From a virus, in IMG/VR virus record IMGVR_UViG_3300005077_000010, positions 27,660-91,659 of that record: a stretch of 64,000 nt of DNA; one strand, written 5' to 3'. Shown one piece after another: positions 9,575 through 18,659 of the stretch (position 1 is its first letter; each line of letters opens with the position of its first letter). Below the pieces are notes generated by a model. It did no database searches. It saw only the letters and a program-made list of their open reading frames with translations, and was not told the DNA's origin. A program made the translations under genes and the position numbers.

Positions 9575-10315
9575 TTATTCCTTTCCTATATCAATAATTT
9601 CAATTTCTTTTGGCTTATTCCATTCAAGCTCCATTTCTTCTAGTTGTTTAGTAGTTAATTTTTCATTTTCTGAACACCATTTACGAAGAAAGTATAAAAA
9701 CATCTTTTCTTTTTTACTTAAATGCGGAGTGTAATTAGAAGGAATTTGAAATGCGTTTCCTAATGTAGTAGTAATTCCTGCTGTAGTAAATTCACGTTTA
9801 AGAGATGAGTGGGTAAAATTAATATAAAGATGTGTATATGCGCGGGTAATGTCAAAAGATACGTTAAAAGGCATAACATTAAACTGCTCAAATTGTAAAT
9901 ACGGATAACCTTCTTTACTAAATTGGAATTTTAGTGTTTCAATAACCCCATTAAATTTGTATGTTTTATCCACTTCAAGCCGTTCTTTTACCTTTTTAGT
10001 TCTTTTTACTTTTGTATGTGCGTTAGAAGCAATAAAATCTTCTGGAATACTATTTTGTTTTGTCGGTTTAACTTCTGTCGAAATTTTCGCTTTTTTAACT
10101 TTCTTCGTAAAAGATTTTGTAGTTAACTTCTTTGTTTTTTTAATGCTTTTAACCTTATTCTTTGATCCTTTTGGCCTACCACGTTTTCGTTTAGGTGGAG
10201 TAGTAGATTTTCGAGCCGCCGCGTATTCTACAGTAATTATGTCATCAAAATATACTTTTTCGGGCAAATCAAGTTTAACTGTATTCTTTGAAGTAATTAC
10301 ATTTACAATAGGCAT
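9575..10315 (-). CDS. AT-hook, Lys-rich putative DNA-binding protein
   Basis: KRKRGRPKGSK AT-hook followed by a Lys-rich tract. Confidence 0.6.
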   Translation of the reverse strand: MPIVNVITSKNTVKLDLPEKVYFDDIITVEYAAARKSTTPPKRKRGRPKGSKNKVKSIKKTKKLTTKSFTKKVKKAKISTEVKPTKQNSIPEDFIASNAHTKVKRTKKVKERLEVDKTYKFNGVIETLKFQFSKEGYPYLQFEQFNVMPFNVSFDITRAYTHLYINFTHSSLKREFTTAGITTTLGNAFQIPSNYTPHLSKKEKMFLYFLRKWCSENEKLTTKQLEEMELEWNKPKEIEIIDIGKE

Positions 10316-10332
10316 GATTTTTCCTTTCTATG

Positions 10333-10824
10333 TTATAAAATATCTCCATTAACATACTTTTCTAATAAGTTAACCGCCCTATCTTCACACTGCCTAATAT
10401 ACTCTCGTGATACTTTATATTCTTGCCCTATTTCATGTAATGTTTTTTTGCCGTAAAATCTATCACAAACTATTTTAGCTAACTTTCTGTTTTTGAATTT
10501 AAGAATAGCTGTTAGTTGTATTTCTGGATCTAAATTATGTGCTGTTAAACTATTTAAAAATTTTGAAATAGTTTCATATTTATCCTCCATGTGTGTTACT
10601 CGTTTAGGTACAAATAAAGATATTTCTATTTCTTTTTTACAGTTTGGACATAATAAATCTGTTTCTTGCTTTTTCGATATTATCTTTTCACATACTGAGC
10701 AACGTAATGGAGGGCTTTGGATTGCGCGTAAAAACCATCTGTAACAAGATAAACATAATCCAAAGGCGTAAGGTTTTTCTTCTTTATGACACCACCAACA
10801 CTTATGCATGACAAAATACTCCAT
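10333..10824 (-). CDS. Zn-finger protein with sigma70 region-4 HTH
   Basis: Four CxxC pairs. C-terminal TLHEIGQEYKVSREYIRQCEDRA resembles sigma region 4.2 (TLEEIG...TRERIRQIE..A). Confidence 0.7.
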   Translation of the reverse strand: MEYFVMHKCWWCHKEEKPYAFGLCLSCYRWFLRAIQSPPLRCSVCEKIISKKQETDLLCPNCKKEIEISLFVPKRVTHMEDKYETISKFLNSLTAHNLDPEIQLTAILKFKNRKLAKIVCDRFYGKKTLHEIGQEYKVSREYIRQCEDRAVNLLEKYVNGDIL

Positions 10825-10845
10825 ATCTAAAGGGATTTATACTCC

Positions 10846-10874
10846 TTTATACCACACTTTCGACCATTTGTCAA
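10846..10874 (-). promoter_or_regulatory. sigma70-type promoter for the leftward operon
   Basis: TTGACA-N17-TATAAA with extended -10 TGn on the minus strand. Confidence 0.65.
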
Positions 10875-10877
10875 GTA

Positions 10878-11342
10878 CTAAACAATGTAGACTGGGGTGT
10901 CGTTTTTATCTAGTATAACAACTTTTCCCCACGTTGACTGCACGGCGAACAACTTTTTTTCCACATTTAAAATTGCGAAATAAACATTAAATCTTTTCTT
11001 GCCGTCTTCTGTTACTTCATCCTGCCAAACATCAAGAATAGGATAAATTACATCAGAACTAAATTTTGCAACTTGGCCTAATTGAGAAATAGCATTATTA
11101 TTTAGTTCTAAGTTAATAAAATATTCTTCTCCATTTTCTGTTATATCTTCACACCATTTAGCAGGGATAACAAATGTATTTCCTTTATCATCAGGTATGG
11201 CAAAATAATAGATAAACTTTCTAGGAGAGGCAACATGAAGGTCTTTCCATTTACAAATAATAGGATATCGTGATAGTTTAGTATACTTTGCTAAATTTTT
11301 AAGTTTTTCTTTCCCGTATTCATTAATTCCTGTTTCAAGCAT
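10878..11342 (-). CDS. Hypothetical protein made of two tandem ~70-aa repeats
   Basis: Start at ATG 11342 with GGAGG RBS. Repeated AK(Y/F)....YPI..W.D.....YFAI......F.....W. Confidence 0.6.
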   Translation of the reverse strand: MLETGINEYGKEKLKNLAKYTKLSRYPIICKWKDLHVASPRKFIYYFAIPDDKGNTFVIPAKWCEDITENGEEYFINLELNNNAISQLGQVAKFSSDVIYPILDVWQDEVTEDGKKRFNVYFAILNVEKKLFAVQSTWGKVVILDKNDTPVYIV

Positions 11343-11383
11343 TCTAATACCCTCCAAAAAACTAATATTCTTAATAAAACTAG

Positions 11384-11412
11384 TTGACAAACATAATATA
11401 ATTATATAATAT
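11384..11412 (+). promoter_or_regulatory. sigma70-type promoter upstream of terS
   Basis: TTGACA-N17-TAATAT (or TATAAT with a shorter spacer). Confidence 0.5.
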
Positions 11413-11450
11413 AGAATTACTAAATGCAATAAAAAAGTTAAAGAGGTCAC

Positions 11451-12038
11451 ATGTCTACTTCAAAATTAGTTAAATCTACTAGAAATATTGAAGAGCATAT
11501 AGATAATTTAGTAGCAGTACAAGAAGCTAAAGCTAAAGGAAAAGCTGATAGTGTTATCTGTAAAGAACTTCAAATCAGTCATACCACACTACAAAAGTAT
11601 AAAGCTATATTAGTAGAACAAAGTTTAAAAACATTAACCCCTGAATATCAAGATGCTAAACGTTGTGAATTAGATGAACAAATACAAACAATAATTAGAA
11701 AAATATTCAGTGTAGTTAATACTGTAGATGACCAATATGATATTATACGAAGAGAAGTTGAAGATGCACTAAATGATCCAGAATTAGAACCAGAAAATAG
11801 ATTACGTTTAAGACGGGCTGCACGATATCCTGTAGAAGATATTGTGGAACTTAAGAAAATATTAATTTCTGCTGTTGAATTGCGATCTAAAGTATGGGGC
11901 TTAGATAAAGAAAATAATCAAAAAGTACAAATTAATAATAATCGTAAATTAATTTTCCAAGTAAACCATCAGTTGGAGGATAAAACAGGAAAATTAGATC
12001 AATTAGCTAATTCAATTATTTCTGGAATTAGTGAATAG
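11451..12038 (+). CDS. Putative terminase small subunit
   Basis: N-terminal HTH (ICKELQISHTTLQKY), helical body, RSKVWGLD, position just upstream of TerL. Confidence 0.65.
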   Translation: MSTSKLVKSTRNIEEHIDNLVAVQEAKAKGKADSVICKELQISHTTLQKYKAILVEQSLKTLTPEYQDAKRCELDEQIQTIIRKIFSVVNTVDDQYDIIRREVEDALNDPELEPENRLRLRRAARYPVEDIVELKKILISAVELRSKVWGLDKENNQKVQINNNRKLIFQVNHQLEDKTGKLDQLANSIISGISE

Positions 12039-12045
12039 GTGAATT

Positions 12046-12267
12046 ATGGGTTGTAAATGTAATGAGCGAAAAGAAAAACCTAAAAATCTATTAGTAGCTG
12101 TCAAATACATATACTGTCCTCAATGTAATAATGTCATTGTCGAACGGTTAACAGAAAGTGAATCAATAGGATATAAGTGTAAAAAGTGTAAAAGTAAAGT
12201 TGCTATTTTTATGCGCCCTCCTTCTCCTAATAGATTGAGTATGACCAAAGAAAGAATGGGAGTTTAA
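12046..12267 (+). CDS. Small Zn-ribbon protein
   Basis: CPQC...CKKC. Confidence 0.55.
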   Translation: MGCKCNERKEKPKNLLVAVKYIYCPQCNNVIVERLTESESIGYKCKKCKSKVAIFMRPPSPNRLSMTKERMGV

Positions 12268-12269
12268 TA

Positions 12270-14891
12270 ATGGCTGAATTAGAAGTAACTATGGAAGAAT
12301 GGTTACAATTATGCTATAAAAGACCTGATGTATTTGCACATTATTATTTTGATCATATAATTAGATGCCCTAGTAGTAAGTTTCATTTTTTACTTTATGA
12401 TTTAATCTATAAAATTAACCAAAGTAACTATTCTAATCGTGTTGCTATTGCCGCCCCAAGAGGTAACGCTAAAACACAAATTATTCATGTTATTCTACCT
12501 ATTTGGTGTATCGCGTTTGAACAAAAAAAATACATTGTAATGGTTAGTGATACAAGTAGAGCGGTAGAAGCTAATTTGGAATCTATTAAATATGAGTTAA
12601 CAACAAATGAAAAATTAGCAGAACATTTTCCTCATATAGTAGGGGAAGGGCCGAAATGGAAAAAGGAAGAAATTGATACAAATAATAATGTACGTATTGT
12701 AGCTTTAGGTGCAGGAAAACAATTACGCGGTACACAAAAAAAGGGTGCTAGAAGACCTGACGCAATCCATCTTGACGATCTCGAAAATGATGAGCATGTC
12801 AATACAAAAGCGCAAAGAGATAAATTAGAGGATTGGCTAACTAAAGTTATTTTAGGTATGGAGGGTGCAAAAGAAGAAGGTTATAAAATGGATGTTATTT
12901 TAACGGGAACAATTATTCATCCAAAAAGTTTATTAGCTAAATTAGTCAGCCCATCTGAGTTTTTAGGTTGGGATAAACATTTATTTAAAGCGGTTTATAA
13001 AGATTCTAAATCTCCATTATGGCAAACATGGAAAGACATTTATACTAATTATTCAGATAGTAATAGAATTGAAACAGCTGAATTATTTTTTAATACGCAC
13101 AAAAAAGAAATGTTAGAAGGGGTTGAAGTTTTATGGCCCGAAGGTGACCCATATTATAGAATACAAGAATATAAAATTAATGCCGGAATAAAAGCCTATA
13201 GTTGTTTTAAACAAGGCACTCCTATTATTTTAGAGGATTACAGTTTTAAAAACATCGAAGATATAAAAGAAGGTGATAAAGTAATAACTAAAGACGGAAG
13301 TTCACAAAAAGTAACATACGTGAATTCTAGGTATACCGATTCTGATATATATAAAATTAAAATAGCGGGGGTATCTCAAACAATAGAAGCAACTGAAGAA
13401 CATCCATTTTTAATTTGGCCCCAAGTAAAATATAAACAATACATACTAAATCACCAACATTTATCAGCATATTTAAGCGGATTTAATACTGAATATAAAC
13501 AGCAAACAGTAAATAACAGAATACTTACTAACGAAACCCGATGGAAGTTTGCAAAGGATATAAATGTCGGGGATGCTGTTATTATGCCACTACCGCCAAA
13601 AGTGCAGGGAAAACACCTATGTGACCCTGATTGGTGGTGGTTAATTGGGTATTATTTAGCGGAAGGGTGGACAAGTACAACAAATAATACAGTAAATTTT
13701 GCGGCTCATATTGATGAAATCCCATATTTTAATGAAGTAATTAGAATAAGTAAAAAATATAACTACGGACAAACTTTTACTATACGAGAAGGTAGTAGTG
13801 AAAGTGATAAGGTTATTACTTTAACTTTTAGTTCTCCTGAGTTATCACAGTATCTTAAATTATATGGAAAAGGAGCAAAGAACAAACATTTACCGTATAA
13901 TGAAATTAAATGTTTGTGCAAAGATTGTTTTTCTTCTTTATGGGGTGGTTATATTGCAGGAGATGGATATGACATTCGAGGTTATAAAGGAGTTAATAGT
14001 ATTAGTTGGCAGTTACTACATGATTTTCAAATTGGGTGGTTAAGACATAGAGAAATTACTTATATGTATAAAATGAAAGATCATGGAGAAATTAACTTTC
14101 GTGGGAAAACATATTCTACTCAGCCTTTATGGAGTTTACAAAAAATAGAAACTAAACGGGCAAAACAAGTTTGGATATATGAAGAAAATTTATACAGTAA
14201 AATTCAAAAGATAGAGAGAGTTATAACAAATCAGCCGACAAAAGTATATGGTATTTCAGTAGACGTTAACCACAACTACACAATTCCAAATGCGGTTGTC
14301 AAGAATAGCGAAAAACAGAATAATCCAATTGATCCAAGTTCTGTGCTATTTGATACAGAAAAAATAGTTTATTATAACAGAAGTGATATTGATTTAGATA
14401 CTTTAATTATTTATGGCGCAATTGATCCTGCTAGTGGAGATGCTAAAAAGAAAGGGGACTTAACTGCTATTGTAACTATCGGTAAAAGTCCTAAAACTGG
14501 TATAATGTATGTTTTAGATGTGAAAGCTGATAATACACTAAGCCCTTCTGATAGTATTAAATATATTAAAAGAATGCATGAATTATATGATTATAGATAT
14601 TTTGGTATTGATTCTGACGCATTGAAATTATATAAAGATTTAATATTACGAGAAGTACCTAGTTTAATGGGAAAACTAAAATTATATAACTTAAGAGTAA
14701 ATAAACGTTCTCGTATAGATAGATTAGAACCTCCCATAAATAGTGGATTAATACAAATACAAAAAACTCAATACGAATTACTAGATGAGTTAATGCACTT
14801 TCCAAAATCAGAATACGATGATGTACTTGATGCTTTGGAAATTGCGTCTACTGTAGCTGGTAATCGTAAATGTAGGATTTTAACATACTAG
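12270..14891 (+). CDS. terL: Terminase large subunit, intein-containing (about 505 aa after splicing)
   Basis: Walker A APRGNAKT, Walker B IHLDDLEND, ILTGTIIH, RNase H-like GAIDPA and DDVLDA. Confidence 0.95.
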   Translation: MAELEVTMEEWLQLCYKRPDVFAHYYFDHIIRCPSSKFHFLLYDLIYKINQSNYSNRVAIAAPRGNAKTQIIHVILPIWCIAFEQKKYIVMVSDTSRAVEANLESIKYELTTNEKLAEHFPHIVGEGPKWKKEEIDTNNNVRIVALGAGKQLRGTQKKGARRPDAIHLDDLENDEHVNTKAQRDKLEDWLTKVILGMEGAKEEGYKMDVILTGTIIHPKSLLAKLVSPSEFLGWDKHLFKAVYKDSKSPLWQTWKDIYTNYSDSNRIETAELFFNTHKKEMLEGVEVLWPEGDPYYRIQEYKINAGIKAYSCFKQGTPIILEDYSFKNIEDIKEGDKVITKDGSSQKVTYVNSRYTDSDIYKIKIAGVSQTIEATEEHPFLIWPQVKYKQYILNHQHLSAYLSGFNTEYKQQTVNNRILTNETRWKFAKDINVGDAVIMPLPPKVQGKHLCDPDWWWLIGYYLAEGWTSTTNNTVNFAAHIDEIPYFNEVIRISKKYNYGQTFTIREGSSESDKVITLTFSSPELSQYLKLYGKGAKNKHLPYNEIKCLCKDCFSSLWGGYIAGDGYDIRGYKGVNSISWQLLHDFQIGWLRHREITYMYKMKDHGEINFRGKTYSTQPLWSLQKIETKRAKQVWIYEENLYSKIQKIERVITNQPTKVYGISVDVNHNYTIPNAVVKNSEKQNNPIDPSSVLFDTEKIVYYNRSDIDLDTLIIYGAIDPASGDAKKKGDLTAIVTIGKSPKTGIMYVLDVKADNTLSPSDSIKYIKRMHELYDYRYFGIDSDALKLYKDLILREVPSLMGKLKLYNLRVNKRSRIDRLEPPINSGLIQIQKTQYELLDELMHFPKSEYDDVLDALEIASTVAGNRKCRILTY
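13203..14306 (+). mobile_element. Intein with LAGLIDADG endonuclease (368 aa) in TerL
   Basis: Block A CFKQGTPI...NIEDIKEGDKV, block B ATEEHPF, endonuclease motifs LIGYYLAEG and GGYIAGDG, C-terminus VVKN/S. Exteins rejoin as KAYS-SEKQNNP. Confidence 0.93.
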
Positions 14892-14903
14892 GAGAATAAC
14901 CAA

Positions 14904-16532
14904 ATGACAGAATTTAAAATTAAAGATCGCCGTCACCCTTTATATGATGCGTATATTGATGATTGGGAGTTCTATCTTCTAAGTTTTAATGGAGGAGATG
15001 AATACATTGAAACCCATTTAGAAACTCATAGACTTGAAAATCCTGGCGATTATACCCGGCGTAAGAATAGAGCATATTATCTAAATTATTGTAGTCCTAT
15101 TGCTACTATCCCTTCTGACTTTATTTATAAAAAAGAAGCCACTCGCCCCGCAGATAAAAAACTTACTATATTTAGAGAAAATGTAGATAGACGAGGAACT
15201 AATATTCATGAGTTTATGAGAAAAGTGTGCATTCTTGGGGCTTTATATGGTACTATTCACATTCTAATTGATAAACCAAATAAAACTAAAGAAATGCTCC
15301 AGTTAGAAAAAGAAGGAAAAAAGTTAACTAAATATCATAATTCTCTTTTAAACCCCTATGCTACTATTGTACAACCTCAAAGTTTATTAGATTGGTCAAT
15401 TAATCCAGAAACTCAAGAATTAAATTGGATTTTATTATGCGAAACTGTATATGATGATGCTGATTTTATGCAAGAACGTATAGAAAGTGTTCAATATAAA
15501 GTGTGGACTCCTAATGAATGGATTATTTATAATGAAAATAATGATGAAATTGACAGAGGATGGCATGGTTTAGGACGTATTCCTTTAGTTACGCATTACC
15601 ATAAAGATGTTGATTTAAATCTTGTTGGGGAAAGTATGATAAAGGATGTGGCTGAATCTAATAAAGCTATTTTTAATTGGTGTAGTACTCTAGATGAAAT
15701 GATTTGTAGACAAACTTTCTCTCAATTAATATGTCCAGATGATGGTTCTATGACTGCCGATGAAGTAGATGGAGAAGGTGGTTCAAGAGCATTAAAAGCA
15801 ATAGGAACAGCATCTGCATTTACATACCCTGCTGAAGCTAGACATCCTCCTGCATTTATTTCTCCTGATACTAAACAACTTCGTACTATTTGGGATATGG
15901 TAGTTAATCATGCTAGAGAAATGTTTAGATTATCAGGACTAGTATCGGCTAAAACTTCTATGATTGAAAAGACAGGACAAACGGGTAAAGCAGAAGAAAT
16001 GAAATTCTTAGATATGGCTGTATTTCTTGCTGCTAAAGCTAAAAGTCTAGAAAATACCGAAAATAAAGTTAATGAATTTGTGTATTTATGGCAAGGGGAA
16101 CCTAATATTATTCCTGAACGAGTACACTATCCTGATAAGTTTGATATTACTTCACCATTAGATATTGTTGATTTATATGTTAAAGTAACTACTAATGCTA
16201 TTTCTGGACGATTAAATAAAGAAATGGCAAAAAGATTAGTACATCAAGTATTACCTCACGCAGAAGATGAAATAGTTTCTGAAATTTATAAAGAAATAGA
16301 AGCTAATAAATATCTGGATGATCCCACTTTATTATATGATGGAGGAGGGAACACAAATACAGTAAGTGACACTATGGTAGGCAAAGAAGGGCAACAGTTA
16401 GCAACAGAAAATACCCAAAAAGTACAAGAAGAACAAAATAAACAAAATCCTAAGCGTATTACAGAACCTATTCCAAATATAAAAAAGCCGAGTAGACAAG
16501 CAAAATTTAGACGAAATAAAACGAGTGTTTAA
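14904..16532 (+). CDS. Portal protein
   Basis: HPLY, Y..R..RAYYLNY, NVDRRG, HGLGRIPLV. Follows TerL, 542 aa. Confidence 0.9.
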   Translation: MTEFKIKDRRHPLYDAYIDDWEFYLLSFNGGDEYIETHLETHRLENPGDYTRRKNRAYYLNYCSPIATIPSDFIYKKEATRPADKKLTIFRENVDRRGTNIHEFMRKVCILGALYGTIHILIDKPNKTKEMLQLEKEGKKLTKYHNSLLNPYATIVQPQSLLDWSINPETQELNWILLCETVYDDADFMQERIESVQYKVWTPNEWIIYNENNDEIDRGWHGLGRIPLVTHYHKDVDLNLVGESMIKDVAESNKAIFNWCSTLDEMICRQTFSQLICPDDGSMTADEVDGEGGSRALKAIGTASAFTYPAEARHPPAFISPDTKQLRTIWDMVVNHAREMFRLSGLVSAKTSMIEKTGQTGKAEEMKFLDMAVFLAAKAKSLENTENKVNEFVYLWQGEPNIIPERVHYPDKFDITSPLDIVDLYVKVTTNAISGRLNKEMAKRLVHQVLPHAEDEIVSEIYKEIEANKYLDDPTLLYDGGGNTNTVSDTMVGKEGQQLATENTQKVQEEQNKQNPKRITEPIPNIKKPSRQAKFRRNKTSV

Positions 16533-16540
16533 AATATACC

Positions 16541-16569
16541 TTGACTTTAATAATAAAATATAATACTAT
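16541..16569 (+). promoter_or_regulatory. sigma70-type promoter upstream of scaffold and capsid genes
   Basis: TTGACT-N17-TACTAT. Confidence 0.65.
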
Positions 16570-16672
16570 AATAATAGAAATGATAACACTGTGTAATACA
16601 GACAGAGTAAATAATTAATATTATTTACTTTTATTTTTAAGTAGCTCTGACGATTCGGGGCAGGAGGTTATA

Positions 16673-17578
16673 ATGGCAGATCCAATTAACCAAGAACTGA
16701 AGGCAACAGAAACGGGTGAACGAGGACGTAAGGTAGCAGACGATCCTGTAGATAAACAGATTGACCTTGAACGTAAGTATCAAGAAGCACTAAAACAAAA
16801 ACAAGGTTTGGCACAATCTGTAACTGAAGGAAAATCTACTCCCCCTGAAAGTGAAGATAGCGGTATGCATAAGGACGATGATAAACTTAATGTTGATCGT
16901 AACTATATTCAGCAGCTAAGAGAAGAAGCCCGAGAAACAAGAAAGAAATTAGAGGCTCAACAAAAGAAAGAGTCCGAATTTCAAAGTTTATTAGTTCAAC
17001 ATTTTGGTGTTGATAACCCTCAAGATTTAAAAGATAAACTTGAGGAAGCCCGACGATCTAAGGAGAAAGAGGACGAATCTAAACTCAGTCGGGTAGAAAT
17101 AGCAGAGAAACGTGCTAAGGAGTTAGAAAAGACTAAAGAAGAAATGAGAATTAAGTTTGAGCAACGTGAAAGAGAGTTAATCAAATCTCGTGATGAAACT
17201 ATCATTCAAAATGCTTTAATTCAAGCCGCAGTTGCTAATGATGTAGTTAACCCTAAACAACTACTACAACTCCTTAAACATGAATTCGTAGTTGATCAAG
17301 ATCGATTAATCCCAATTTATAAGGCAGAAGACGGTGAAATGTCTTTAAATGAGCGCGTAAAAGTATTTCTTGAAGACCCCGATAACTGGAATCTTGTTGG
17401 CTCCAAGGTTGCCGGTAGCGGAAGTGGGTCACAAGGAAATCTAGGCACAATCAGTGGCGGAAAACGCATGTTCTCAAAGGCTGAATTAGCTGATATGCGT
17501 AAAAATAGGCCAAAGGAATACAAAGAACGCCAGCGCGAAATTCTAAAAGCCTACAATGAAGGACGAGTACGAGAATAA
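16673..17578 (+). CDS. Capsid scaffolding protein
   Basis: Charged coiled coil (YIQQLREEA), GSGSG linker, short C-terminal helices. Lies between portal and MCP with an AGGAGG RBS. Confidence 0.85.
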   Translation: MADPINQELKATETGERGRKVADDPVDKQIDLERKYQEALKQKQGLAQSVTEGKSTPPESEDSGMHKDDDKLNVDRNYIQQLREEARETRKKLEAQQKKESEFQSLLVQHFGVDNPQDLKDKLEEARRSKEKEDESKLSRVEIAEKRAKELEKTKEEMRIKFEQRERELIKSRDETIIQNALIQAAVANDVVNPKQLLQLLKHEFVVDQDRLIPIYKAEDGEMSLNERVKVFLEDPDNWNLVGSKVAGSGSGSQGNLGTISGGKRMFSKAELADMRKNRPKEYKERQREILKAYNEGRVRE

Positions 17579-17620
17579 ATTGATCAACATTATTCATTAT
17601 GACCGTAGGAGGTTATACTA

Positions 17621-17677
17621 ATGGCTTTAGGTACAAGTTTTATAACACACGATGATGAAGTGACCTGCTTTATCCCT
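17621..17677 (+). CDS. Major capsid protein exon 1 (MALGTSFITHDDEVTCFIP)
   Basis: AGGAGG RBS. Joining to 18660 restores the conserved capsid motif FIPEIWADEVL. Confidence 0.9.
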
Positions 17678-18659
17678 AACCGTTAATCTTGGGGCTTATA
17701 TAGGTGACTATATAAGAAAACACTTTTAATTCAGGGAACATCCTATAAAAGGACAATCCTGAGCCAATCGGAGACGAAATGCAACAACAAAATCCTCTAT
17801 CATTAAAATATAATATATATGATTTTAATGCTAAGATTAGTAATGCCGTCTGCGAAGGTGCAACGACTATGGCTGGTAATAAAACAAGGGAGAAATGGTT
17901 CAAAGATGGACTAGCCCGTACAACGCATGTATTTAATTCCGCTATGCTTGGAATGTATTTAGGAGATAGTTACGGTCACCGATTAAAAAGTGGTAATATT
18001 GCACTATATATTCGGCACGGGGGTGACCAATTAGATTTAGTAGACGAAAAAGTAAAATTTTTATCTCCTTATATTAAACCAAAAAGTTTACGTACTTGTG
18101 TAGATAATAACGGATATAAATACAGATACGCATATTATAATGAAAGAAAACTTAAACATCTTTTTAATTTAATATATGGAAAAGGTGAACCAATAAAGCG
18201 AATTAATAGAAAACTTTTAAATCGTTTTACAGACGTTAGTCTCGCTTTTCTATATATGGATGATGGGCATCTTTCATTACGTAGGAAAAAAGAAACAAAT
18301 AAAATTCAAGGGCGTTATATATATTTAAATACCCAAGGTTTTACAGTAGAAGAAAATCAAATGTTTGCAGTAATGTTAAAACAAAAATTTGATTTGTCCT
18401 TTAAAGTGTCGTTTGATCATGAACACGCCAGATTGTGGTGCAACACGCAAAACGCACTAAAATTTATAAGTATTGTAAAACCTATAGTGTCTTTTTTTCC
18501 TACTATGCAGTATAAATTAGATCTTAAATACCAGCAACAAATAAGTGAGACTCATAATAACGAGTCTATGATACAGTCTGAACTACACGGAAACGTGTAG
18601 AGATAATTAGAGATAATTATCCGCCTAGTTTTAATACTAGGTCATAAAGTAACAGCGCG
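17678..18659 (+). ncRNA. Group I self-splicing intron (982 nt) in the major capsid gene
   Basis: The 5' splice U pairs in P1 (CCCU/AA with UUGGGG). P10 pairs AAUCUU with 3' exon GAGAUU. P2 has a GUGA tetraloop. Conserved elements: P AAUUCAGGGAA, Q AAUCCUGAGC, R GAAGGUGCAACGACU, S AUGAUACAGUC. P8 AGACUC/GAGUCU, P9 with GAAA loop, terminal G at 18659. Confidence 0.93.
17779..18600 (+). CDS. Intron-encoded double-motif LAGLIDADG homing endonuclease
   Basis: SAMLGMYLGDS and SLAFLYMDDG motifs, LNTQGFT, YKL terminus. Alternative start at 17869. Confidence 0.9.
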   Translation: MQQQNPLSLKYNIYDFNAKISNAVCEGATTMAGNKTREKWFKDGLARTTHVFNSAMLGMYLGDSYGHRLKSGNIALYIRHGGDQLDLVDEKVKFLSPYIKPKSLRTCVDNNGYKYRYAYYNERKLKHLFNLIYGKGEPIKRINRKLLNRFTDVSLAFLYMDDGHLSLRRKKETNKIQGRYIYLNTQGFTVEENQMFAVMLKQKFDLSFKVSFDHEHARLWCNTQNALKFISIVKPIVSFFPTMQYKLDLKYQQQISETHNNESMIQSELHGNV

